Origin: Dimorphilus gyrociliatus
Taxonomy: Eukaryota; Animalia; Annelida
Length of the DNA: 64,000 nt
Assembly (NCBI GenBank): GCA_904063045.1
Contig: CAJFCJ010000012.1
Coordinates: forward strand, 806,001 to 870,000
Direction: 5' to 3'
The position numbers and the translations under genes were made by a program. A model generated the notes under the pieces. That model ran no database searches. It had not been told where the DNA came from and saw nothing but the letters and a program-made list of their open reading frames with translations. Positions 52,201-63,885 of the stretch are shown here, piece after piece (the first letter of the stretch is position 1; each line of letters opens with the position of its first letter).

Positions 52201-55200
52201 AAAATTGAACGCTTAGTTTCAAAAGGCAATAATCCTATTATTATTTACACCCGGTGCTGATTCATTCCTGTTTCATTATAATGCAAATTGAACGGCGTGC
52301 GCGAATATGCAAATGAATGTTTAATTAATCATTTTTTGCTATGCAGGCGTTTCTTATTGAACATAACTCCTCTTTTTGATGGGTGGCGGAAATGCTTTCT
52401 AAATAAATCCTCAGTTATACGCCATTCACAAACAATTTTCACAATACAATAATAAGACTTAAAAAAAGTGGCCTATGGAAAAGGCTAATGATCTCATTCT
52501 CTTTCCGGTGTTGTTATTATTCCACTTTAATGCGTCCCTGTCTCTCCATCTCCTATTTTCTAATATGACAGATGGTTTTAAGCCGTTGAAGGTGATAGTA
52601 AGAAGAAAATTATGTTTTAGAAATCTCTACTTCTTCGTCCCGCTCTTCAATTATTTTATCAACCGACAGATGGGGCATTTTAAATTCGAATTGACGTTTA
52701 GTGCCTTAACTTATTCAACTAGGTAATTATAAAATCCTTTTTTCTCTTTTTCCCCAACTCTCGAGAAAGAAAAAACCAGCTACTCGGAGCGCATATGCTT
52801 CTTCTGAACATTCCTTGTACAAATTTGAACAAACGCCTTTTAAGAGGACCGGAAATGGCCTTTTAACCCAACAAACATATCTTAAACTTTTTTTGTCGCG
52901 TGACCTAACTGATTCATTTTACTTTGATGAGAAAATGTTCTCCAGTAACGCCTAAAACTAATAATGCTAGTGCTGTAGGCCTGACAAGAGACGCCTAATC
53001 GGGCACGTCTGCAATTCATGCTTATACATACGAATCGGTTGTGCATTAGAGACGCAATTAGGTCAACAGTACTTACCGAGGCGCACCACGGTGCAGAGAC
53101 GCATGATCGCAAGGTAGCAGCTACCTGCAATAAAAAAGAAACATATAGTAATTTAGTACAATTTACATAGGGCGGCAATAAAACGCCCCGCTAAGCTATT
53201 AACAATTTGGACGCGATAAGAATTTTACAGCTCACAGTATTATTTAGTATTTATAGGTGTAAAAAGGGAGAAACGTTCTTCTGTAACGACCATTAGCATT
53301 TCCCCTTTTATATCTATAATTGTGATTTCTCTATTAACGAATTGATCGTTTCATCAATCAACCATGAACGAAAATAGGTGAACCGCATTTTCACTCTCTT
53401 CTCTTCTCTTTTCTATATCCCCCCTTCTTTATATTTCTATGCCCCTTCTTATCCCCATTCCACTTATATACATACACATATTGAGCTGTCTTGTCATTCT
53501 TTTCTATCATGCCTATTTTCTGTCGTGACTAAATGATGGTTCAGTGATGCTAGCAACTCGATTAGTTTTGCGTGCGGAGACGCTCTCTCACTTTTCAATA
53601 GGCCTATGAAACACGTAAGAAAAACACTTCTGGAAGTGTGATACATGCGTTGGTGTTGGGATGCCATACTAGTCCAAGTAGAAGCCCGAATATATACATA
53701 AAATCTACATTCTACCCTGTAACTAATCAACGCCCGATTAAACTAGCGGATTAACGCGCTAGCTTGGCTTATCCGTACCGTCGAATCGGATTGCAGTGTT
53801 TTGTGCACTCAACCGCACAGTTTTTTTTCCAGTTCTCCAACCTGAACTATTGACCGTCGGAAGAGAAGAAATAACTTAAATAACTTATAATCCGATTTTC
53901 TCTGACAGGCGTTGAAATCTCCGAATCGAAGAAAAGAAAAGCCTACTCTTTGATAAATAGGCTAATCCGTTAAATAAACAAACAAGAATAGAAAGGAGGC
54001 GGGTTAAGAATTAGATAGTTTTTATATCGATACTCTACGTGACTGTTTGAAGGTGTTGAGAATTTTACTCCACTTCTCGCTACGCTTAATTCTTTTTTAA
54101 ACCGGATTTTTCAATTAAAAAAGAAAAGGTAAAAGTTAAAAATAAATATGGAAAAAAATTGAAAGTACGGTTTAGTACGGTCTATATAACTTTCCAACAC
54201 AATTTTGTATAATCAAAGAATATCCTCTTAGCCAGGGAAGATATGCTATGGTAAGGCCTCAGAAAAATGTTAATGAGCGCGTCTAGTTTGCAAGCACGTC
54301 CGAAGTTGTTTGCTTTCTCAGCTGCTGCCCGCTCTCCTCGGCAAGGCGATACGTTTGTCAAGCGTTTATTTGTGTAAGGGAAGAGATTTTTGAGTTTGCT
54401 CCCGTTTTAAAAAAATAGGCTAGAGGCATGTTGGAGCAAAATACTACTCCCCTGACAAAGACGACGGGAGCCTGATTGACGGATGGAATTAGAGGACGAG
54501 TATATAATCTGGTCGAGTATCTTGTATGCTACTTTTTGTCGTTCCTGAACTCCTTCTCTTGCTCCCAAAACCTAATTCTTATCTCGTTTGCCCCCTTTTT
54601 GGTGCAGTGGAAAAAAATCAAAATGACGAACTATATCCTATAATCTGTCGCACACAATTTAGCCTAGGAACTGGGACGCGTCTACCGCAAAGACTTCTAG
54701 ATGAAATATTAATGCATAGTCGTTATCTGATCGCCGCCTTCTTTATTCCCTTAGATTGATAAATTTACACAACAGACGCTTGTTTTTTATATAGAGACGT
54801 CTTAGGCCGTCTCTAATGTATTGGAATTTTTTCCGATTTTCTCTCTTCTTACAAGATAGGAGGAAGGTAACTTCCGAGTATAAGAAGCTGCTATCTCCTC
54901 TGGGATATTTCCAAGGCCGTTTTTAAAATTTCATAGCCTTCTTATTACGTAACAAATAGGCGGAGAGGGCCACGTGACCACTTTAAGATCAATGCCTACA
55001 GTCGTCCTTCTAATGGACACCGGCTATGCTGATTGATGTGGAAACTGCGGTTTTAACGTCTTTCTGCGCTTGCTAATGGTCGGTTGAGATTTGGATTATT
55101 TTACTCGTACAGGCCAATATATAATATTTATGATAAATACATATAAACATATAAAAACCATTTATATTCATATATTCAATAAACATTGAATAAACACATG

Positions 55201-55378
55201 TGTATAATGTTTTATATCTTAATAAAAATTAATTTTCTCTTACCTCTTGCATTTGTTTTCTATTGTCCAAAAGCAGAGAAACGCAATTTGCCCTGCACTG
55301 AGCCTTTAATAGAACTTCCTTCCTGTCCTCACCGAGAAGCGGTGATAATAAGGCGAATAGGATGATAAAGTTCTGCAT
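46295..55378 (-). CDS. KAL1-like: Anosmin-1/KAL1-like protein B: signal peptide, Cys-rich region, no WAP domain, 4 FnIII, basic patch, hydrophobic C-terminus
   Basis: Exons 55378-55244 (MQNFIILFALLSPLLGEDRKEVLLKAQCRANCVSLL..), 53124-53077 (LRSCVSAPWCAS), 49301-49242 (CLKPCSATFENLEKCYGMC), 48105-47277 (GCSQSCSY then FnIII FRVTAVSKYGSS), about 47211-47116, and 47048-46295 (LKFACTYEIHVRA, PEPPRNL, LKENREYLVLIRA). Confidence 0.92.
49110..52314. promoter_or_regulatory. Intronic POU octamer (ATGCAAAT) cluster
   Basis: ATGCAAAT or its reverse complement at 49110, 50815, 51004, 51561, 52281 and 52307, in anosmin-like B introns. Confidence 0.5.
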
Positions 55379-56223
55379 GTTCCAAAAAATTCTCTTTAAA
55401 AGATTGTCTCTGATAATCTTTACATTGTGATCCTCTCTTCCTTAAGTTCCTTTTATATGCTTTCTTCTTCCAATGAACGACAAAAATTTATCTTCCACAA
55501 GCAAAATCCTTGAGTATTGAACAAGGCTGTCTAGACGTCTTCTTTTGTCACCCCTCAAACAGTTCGCGCCCTAATGAACGATTGAGATAAGACTAGAGGG
55601 CGTTGATATTCAGTGTAATCAGTGTCGTCATCTTTCGTTGAAAGACTCAGATTTATCGCTCAATATCGAAAGATGGCGACACTATGCTTGTGTTTTTCTT
55701 TTGTAGAAATTCATACTTCTTTCGCCATCTAACAGCTATCTATAGAATTAATCAGATTAATTAAGTAACCATTTCATCCATTTATTTCACATAAAACAGG
55801 CCTACATGACGTAAATAGTTTGTAAACGGGTAATTTACAGCATAAAGGTTATCATATAAAATTAAGAAATGCAGTAAAAGATAACAAATATGGAATTTTC
55901 TACAAGAAACTGGCTATTTTCATCAAGATAGACTAACTAGTTTATTAGATATTCATTCTAAAAATATAGAATAAAGTAAAAGGCATTTAGTGATATCATA
56001 GTAAAGCTATTTACGTTTTCTATCTAGGATGCCAAAACAATGAGTCAATACGAAAAAGGAATAAGCCAAAGCATGAAAAAACATAGTTATCATATATAAT
56101 GTAATTAGTTAATTTTCTAATATATTTATATCTATATATGTATGTATATAATTTATATTAATTAAGTAGTACAGCCAAAATTCAATTCTCCTATATAGCA
56201 CATTTCGGAAGGTCAAAAAAAAC

Positions 56224-58701
56224 ATGGCAAATATGAATATAGACGATTGTGACTTTGTATTTGATTTTGACGTAGAATATGGTAACAATCTTTCAAACAA
56301 TAAATATATAGATTATATGGAATCTGACGTTAAAGAGACTTATAATCAGATTCGGCAGGATTTTTTAAGCATCGCTAAAAGTTTGAATTCTATTATCCAA
56401 AAAGAAGGTTACAACTATAATCTATCAATATTAACGCATCTAGATAATTTGGTTTGCTTTTACAAGAGAGAACCTTACAGGAATATTCATAAATATAAAA
56501 GAAAATTAATAATAAGGGCTTTGGCTATTGATTATATTGATAGTAATTTCTTAATTACTTTAATTAAGTTATTAGAAAATATGAAAGAAGATAAAAGTAT
56601 GTCAAAAGAGGAGAAAAATGGAAACAATTCGATGTATTCAAGGATTTTTAATATTTTGACAAGATTTGCTCATTTAAGCAATGAATTTTCAAAAACATTG
56701 GTGGTCATAAGCGACTTCATTGATTTTCTTTTAGATCAACTTGAGAAATATTCCCTAATCATAACTGACAGCAAAAAGGTATGTGTTTATTATTTATTCT
56801 TTAATTATTTTAACAATGCTACTAAAGATTATCTTTCTTTATGAATAGGCTAAAAAGATTAAACTGCAAAAGGAAGTTTCTAGTACAATGTCTTTAATAT
56901 ATAATATTATCCGATACGATGACTGCAAAAGTTATTTTATTGATAATACTCGTTTTGTGGATAGCATAAAGTCTTTGCTGTGTATGAATGTGACTTCCAT
57001 ACAATTAATGTCAATATTTAGTCTTGCGTACGTGGCACGGGAGGATAAAGCCGAATTATTTCATAGTAATGCATCTATTATTTTATATGCCGTTGAAAGT
57101 TTGGAAAAAGCGATTAGTTCTAGGAAAACAAAATGTGACGATGAATGGACTGCCTACGAATTAGCAAAGGGAATAGGAAGGTTAGCTGTAAACGACTCTA
57201 ACAAGCAACTTTTAGTTGAAAATGGTGCTGTAATTCCCCTTTATAAATTAACCTTGTCCGAGGATGACGAAGAAGCCTATGGTACGATAAGAACTCCCAC
57301 ATTCAATTAATATTTTCGAGATAAATAAGTAAAGATGCGATTTTTTATTATAATTTTTATTAGAGGCATGTGAAGCTCTTTTAAATCTCGCTTTTGATGA
57401 GGAAATAAAACGGGATATAAACCAAGTCAAAGGGTTAAAAGAAAATATTAAGAAATTATCAAAAACTGATAGACCTTGCCATAAACCTGCTCAAGGTCTC
57501 CTCTGGGTTCTAAATCAAGAATACAGAGATGAGCGTAATCAGAATAACCAAGATACATTACGGTTTCTGTTAAATTATATAACATTATGGCTAGATCCTT
57601 AACTACAATTATTTCTTGTAGTGCCACTAGACCTATGCTAAAAAGCATTGAGAGAGGAGGAGAATGCAACAACCGCAGTCACATTATGATCAGCTATGAA
57701 TGGAGTCATCAAAAGATTGTTTTACAAATTAAAGACTTTCTGGTTAGGCATGGATTTAAAATTTGGATTGATCTAATAAATATGCAAGGATCTACATTAG
57801 ACGCAGTAGCCTGTGGAATTGAACAGAGTTCTTTAGTATTATTGTGTTATTCTGAAAACTACAAAATATCACCCTTCTGTAGAATGGAAGCTGAGTACGT
57901 TGTAACCAAAAAAAAGAAATTTTTACCTGTAAGAATGGATAAGAGTTATAAACCTGACGGTTGGTTGGGAATAATTATTGGATCCAGGTTATATTACGAT
58001 TTCTCAGAAATCAACACTCCCGGCCATCTTAAGAAGTTTTTAAAAGATATTAATGACATATGTAAAAAAAAAACTTTAAAAGCTTATATGAAATTCATTT
58101 TAAGCATATTCTCTCTAATCTTCATCTCTCTATATTTTCGTCTCTTTTGTTTCTCTTTCTACCTCTCTTTCTTTCTCTTTCTTCTTTCCTCTTCTCTCTC
58201 CTTCTCTTTCTGTATCATTTATAATCTGATTTTTAGTTGTTACTTCTTATACAGTAAATCAGGATCATGAACCAGTTAAAGAAGAAATAGCGTCTGATGT
58301 CTCCAAGAAGAATACTCACGCGGATAACAAGATAAAAGAAAGTAATAAACAAAAGAATCTCTATTCATATTTTTCTTAAACTCTATAATTAACTTATATT
58401 CTATAGATAATACTAACAATTTCAACAATCAAATTGTAGCCTTATCCAAGGAAAAGCTCTCTTTCTTAAAAAATTTACGAAGAGAGGTTAGTAGTCACGT
58501 GATCCAATATTTTTTTTTATCCCTTATATAGATTTAATAAACAGTATAGTAGGAATATATTTAGCTATTAGATGTAAATTTTTTTCTTTCTTAATTTATT
58601 TTTAGGCTCCGGAATATTTTTATAAGAAGATTGAAAATGAATTTAATCTTTCAAATTTGAATAATCTAATTGATTTTATGGTTGCATTTAATAAACTATA
58701 A
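56224..58701 (+). CDS. ARM-repeat / TIR (TIR_2) domain protein, paralog 1, degenerate C-terminal SAM
   Basis: Helical N-terminus; ARM motif ELAKGIGRLAVNDSNKQLLVENGAVIPLYKL..EACEALLNLAF; TIR HIMISYEWSHQKIVLQIKDFLVRHGFKIWIDL...SPFCRMEAEY...KPDGWLGIIIGSRLYYDFS; last exon APEYFYKKIENEFNL..FMVAFNKL*. Confidence 0.9.
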
Positions 58702-59350
58702 ATAATACGTGATGTATTGATATATTCTATTAAAATACAATCTAAAAATAAACAACCAAATCATACAATAACCAATGTCAATACTTAATTAACCATATCA
58801 TAGGATCAACGAAAAAAATGATAAAGTGAGATGGCAGATAGGTATGAAGATGGAAGGGTTTATATATCATAGAAGAGATATTATATGTTTATATATATAG
58901 TATACTACTATATATATAGCATTGTGACTCATATATCTAACCAAAAAAAAACACTGCAATAATACTCTCTTTTCTAAGTATATTTGATAATTGTATATCT
59001 TTTTGTTTGCTATCCTGTATTGTTAAAATATTATATTATCTAGTTTGTCTTAAACTAAGCTTTTTTCAAACAATTTTCTAATACCATCTACAAATTCCCT
59101 ATTCTATTGATCACTAATAAATGGCTAGATTACTTGTAGTATAAAACGTTCTAAAGTGAATTGAACATTTTCAATAACTGATTTTTGCATATTAGCAAAT
59201 ATTAAAATAAGGGTATAAGGTAGTGTCAGCGTTTTTTCTTTCCGAGAATTGAATGGTTGCAATACAATTTTATTGACCTGCAAAGAGAAAACATAGCAAC
59301 ATAACAAACGCGAGTATATTTTGCTCAGCTATACGTAAAACAGAAAAAGA

Positions 59351-61902
59351 ATGGCTTCGCTAAGAGAAATGAAGACCCTTCGTCATGCTGTCAAGAAATT
59401 TAAGGAATTCTCTGTTGATCCAAACGTTGACTTTAAAACGACATTTACTACAAGCAGATATACAGATCAAATGGACAATAAAGTTAAAAATTTATACAGA
59501 AGAACACTGGAGAAATTTTTGTATCATATTGAAAATGCGAGTGCAACAATCGAGGCTGAAGAATATGCCGATGATAGAGCGTTTCTGACACATTTAGTAT
59601 ATTTAATTCAACTTGATTATTTTAGTGAATATGCAAGTATATCTAAAACAAATGTGAAATTGATTAAAAGAGCTCTTGCTATTTCTTTTATTGAGTCTCA
59701 GCTGCACTTAAAACTCTTTACAGTACTGCAATCAGTTATTGAGCAAGAATCACTTGGAAAAGTAAATTTTAATCTTAAAGTTATTCTATTGAATGTCTAT
59801 ACAAGTTTTACCGATGGAAGCGAGGAATTTGCATATGAAATGTCTACTTTAAAAGATTTTATAGACTTTATAGTTAATATGTTCAAAGACGTAAATGCCA
59901 AAGCTCTGAAACCTATAAATACAGACGTAAGATATTAAAGAATAGCCTAATTGTTACTTCTTATCATTGATAGTTTTTGAAAATTTGTTTATTTTCTTCA
60001 GCAAAAATCTGGAGAAGTAAGCATGGCAATGGGCGTCTTTTACAACTGTCTCCTTCATGAAAATAGTAAAGAAGTAATTAAAGAAAAGTTTGATGTTTTG
60101 GACCTTATGCAACCGTTTACTGCGTCAAAAGTGGGCATTGTTATTCTACTAGCAACATTTAGTATGGCCCTTGTTGCTGATGAAAGTCAATCAAATAAAT
60201 TTAGCAGCAATAGGGCCGGAGTTTCTTACGCTATTTTGTCTCTCAAACAAGCATTAGGTTTAGAATCTTTAGGCAATAACGATGGATGGACAGCTTATGA
60301 ATTAGCAAAGGGAATAGGAAGGTTAGCCGTTAACGATGGCAATAAACAGCTCTTAGTGGATAATGGAGCTATAGAACCTCTTTACAAGCTGTCCTTGTCT
60401 GATGATGATGAAGAAGCTTCAGGTATGCAAAATACATTCACTAACATGTCAATTGCCTTCTAATAGGAAGAGTGAGAAGATAAAAAAATATGATGATGAT
60501 AATCTAATACATAAATGTATATTTGACCCGCAGAGGCTTGCGAAGCTCTTTGGAACTTAGCCTTTAAAGTTGAATTAAGAAAAGATATCTTGGCAGTGGG
60601 AGGTTTGAAGGAGAGCATGGAAAGGTTATCTAAAAGCGATCGACCCTGTCAAAAACCTGCTCAAGGTCTTTTATGGCTTCTCCAGCAGGGAGAGGGGAAA
60701 GAAATGAACGTCCCTTTATCTAGTGTGTTTTACATTATTTTGTAAATATTTAACTAAATTGACAATTATAACATTGAACAGCTATAAAAAGTGGAAAAAA
60801 GAAAAATGACGATACTGTTTTTAACAAGCTCATTGACACCGACACCCAAAATCTAGCGGGATCTAAAACACGAAAAGGGCATATAATGATAAGCTATCAG
60901 TGGGGAAATCAACCTTTAATTAAAGAAATTAAATCAGGATTAGCTAAAAGAGGATATAACGTTTGGTTAGATATCGAAAAGATGAATGGTTCAACACTAG
61001 AGGCAATGGCAGAGGCTGTAGAACAGAGTCAAGTTATTCTAGTATGTATGTCTCCAAAGTATAAACAATCGGCAAATTGCAGAATGGAAGCTGAATACAC
61101 TTTAAATTGTAAAAAGGAATTTATACCGTTAATCATGACCAAAAACTATAAACCAGATGGTTGGTTAGGTTTCATGTTAGGCGCAAAATTATTCTTTGAT
61201 TTCTCTGGTAAATACGATATTGGAAAAAAATTTGAAGAATTATTAAAAGAAATAGGCGAAAGAGGAAAATCATCCTTACAAATACAACCTTCGTTAGACT
61301 TAGTACAAGAAGTAAACGCACCACAAACTACAGCAACTCCTCCATCTGAAAGTGTAAAAAGTTGGGGAAAATCTGAAATCAATACCTGGATAGAAGAAAA
61401 TAACCTGTCTTATATGTAAGCTATACATATATATAAATATATATTATACTTTATATTAGAAAGCGTATACTGTATATTGTATACATGAGTTAATATTTCA
61501 TCAGCATGATGTCTTTATTAAAAATAAATCATACTTTTATTTTTTTTCAGAAGGAAATTGAAAGTGTTAACGGGAAAGAAATTGGACGCTTTGAAAAGGC
61601 TCCATAAAGAGGTTATTTTATGTTATCTTCTTTCCTGATCTGTTTATATACAGTATAGTACTTGAAAAGAGATATCTATATGCATATATTTACATTTTAA
61701 TATAGATATTTAAAGATATAAGTATATATATATATATATATATATATACAGATAACATTTATAATATATATGATAAATATTCATGGGCTTTTTTCACCTT
61801 TTGTAGGCACCGGAATATTTTTATCAAATGATAAAAAATGAATTTGGAATTGCTTCTTTAGACAGCATTGCTGACTTCATGGAAGCCTTTGCAAAAATCT
61901 AA
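59351..61902 (+). CDS. ARM-repeat / TIR (TIR_2) / SAM domain protein, paralog 2
   Basis: ARM motif ELAKGIGRLAVNDGNKQLLVDNGAIEPLYKL..EACEALWNLAF; TIR HIMISYQWGNQPLIKEIKSGLAKRGYNVWLDIEKMNGS...SANCRMEAEY...KPDGWLGFMLGAKLFFDFS; SAM-like VKSWGKSEINTWIEENNL..LTGKKLDALKRLHKE|APEYFYQMIKNEFG..FMEAFAKI*. Confidence 0.92.
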
Positions 61903-62521
61903 GGTTGATGTTATCTTCTTATTCTATTCTATGATAGTAAATAATCTTAAGATGTAACAACTAACAATATGATATAAATACAGGAGACAATGGATTACAA
62001 ACACAAGATATTTTGTATTTCAGGAGATTGTTAGACCTACTTCATGTCGAATTATTTAAAGAATAAATTACACTTTAAAATAAGCGTCTCTTTGCTCCAT
62101 GTTGAAGTTTTGATAAAAGTTTATTAGTTATTATTTTTTGTATTTTTTTGTACAAAAAACCCAAGAGATGTCGTTGCCATATTAAAATTGACATTTCGAA
62201 ATGAATGTAAATATAAATATAGCAATTTTTATATACTATTGAGTGGGGTTTTATATGCTGTACTCTTTATATGAATTTAAGGATTCTCTTATATCTTAAA
62301 TACGTTTGATTATCAAAAGAAAGAAATATCCTTTGAGTCAAAGTGATGCGTGAAACGTTACTTGCATAAAAAAAGTAAAAAATATTCAATTGAACCAAAA
62401 ATTAATAATTCTATATAATAAATTGACTGATTAAGCGTTCGTAATCCTATTAGTATAGTGAGCGAATAGTGTATGAATCACGTTCAATAGCCGTCGTCAA
62501 GAACGACGACTTATTGTCAAC

Positions 62522-63180
62522 ATGGCTGAATCTCAGGATCAGGTTTTTATTATTTTTATTCAACTTTTTTGAGTAGTTTATAAAATAAGAAAACTTTTTA
62601 ATAGAGAAACTAAAGGGTTAAGTTAAAAGGAAAAGGCTCGTTTCTTTATTTTAAATTAAAAGGGACGAGACCAGCTCTTACCCTTGAAATACAGAAAATT
62701 CCCTTTCGGGAACATTTTTTTGCATTTAGCAAATAGGCCTTAAGGAGAAAACTGATATACAGCATTTCTAAATTCATTAATCCATTTATTTTAAGCAATC
62801 TAAGACAAAAGAAAGGGATAATGAAGCCTCCCCAAGAACTGGTTTGTTTTCCAATTAGTTACAATTAGCAATATCAAAAGCCAACGGTAATGATAAAAAC
62901 TTATGTTTTATAGCGAGAAGCAGCGCTAGGGGATCACAAAAAACGCAAAATAAAGAATACTTCAAAGTAGAACTAAACAGGTTGAAAACTAGCTTAGATA
63001 TGGAAGTGGTCAAAATCCAGAAGCCTAAAGTGTACGTATTTTCTCTTTTGCCTTTCTTAACTAAGCGTTGGAATCAGCTAAAACCTTCACACAACATTTA
63101 GAACCCGTGTAACCCCTTATTTCTTATATCCGCTCTTCTCTTTCGATACGTTATTTTCACCAGACATTAAGAAATGGAAG
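62522..63180 (+). CDS. Possible start of an unassigned multi-exon gene
   Basis: ATG GCT GAA TCT CAG GAT CAG|GT, then AG-bounded open segments (QSKTKERDNEASPRT; RSSARGSQKTQNKEYFKVELNRLKTSLDMEVVKIQKPK). No recognisable domain and the exon chain is unresolved. Confidence 0.3.
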
Positions 63181-63739
63181 GTATTGACATAATCGATTCT
63201 TACTCTTTTACTTTCTTCTATAGGGCCACCCCATATACTTTACTTTATATATATATATATATATATATATTAGTATATATACAATATAAACTGCTGACAA
63301 GAAACTAAAGCTCTTTGCCACTTGCAGTCTCACTTTAACTCTCAAAAACACTATTTCACAATAAACAAAACAAATGCATAAAGAAGTCGTAAAATAGGCT
63401 TCTATTTCAATCATGTTCAAGATGTATTGCTAACTATACCATACTGTTTAAGTCTATTATATATTTCAATCTATTCAATTCATATCATTGTTAAAACTAT
63501 CACCTTTGTAAATCATTTGTTGATTTACCTGATCTGCATACATTTCGCCATAGTAAAAAGAAAAAATAATTATAATCAGTCAAGAAAACATTATTGAGCA
63601 ATTTAGGCCTATTTTGCCATTGCATTTATAATTCATTCTCCCCTCTTTTCATTAGTTAGTGAGTTGAAAAATCTTTTCTTATTACAAAGGAAATGAGGGA
63701 AAATGAAATATATATACAAACTTTTCTATATACTGTATA

Positions 63740-63885
63740 TTATACATACTGTATATTCTTACAAAATATATGTATATACAATATATGCTTTATATAGTTG
63801 AAAAAGCTTCTAGCAAACAACGAAAGTGGTTGGCTGGCATTTTGTTTTTGCTCATCAATATCTTCGAAAGATGGTAGTTCTTCCT
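63740..63885 (-). CDS. Possible terminal exon of a gene entering from beyond the window
   Basis: TTTCAG acceptor followed by EELPSFEDIDEQKQNASQPLSLFARSFF..; no family recognised. Confidence 0.25.

Noticed and set aside
50964-54759. Several 60-98 aa ORFs in anosmin-like B introns
   Set aside because: GC-richer intron DNA yields chance ORFs. Only the 48-nt piece VAATLRSCVSAPWCAS inside 52882-53178 is a real exon.
8695-59308. 17-nt inverted match CATAGCAACATAACAAA (8695-8711 vs 59292-59308), resembling an RFX half-site
   Set aside because: A few such matches are expected by chance in 64 kb of AT-rich DNA, and neither copy is a full X-box.
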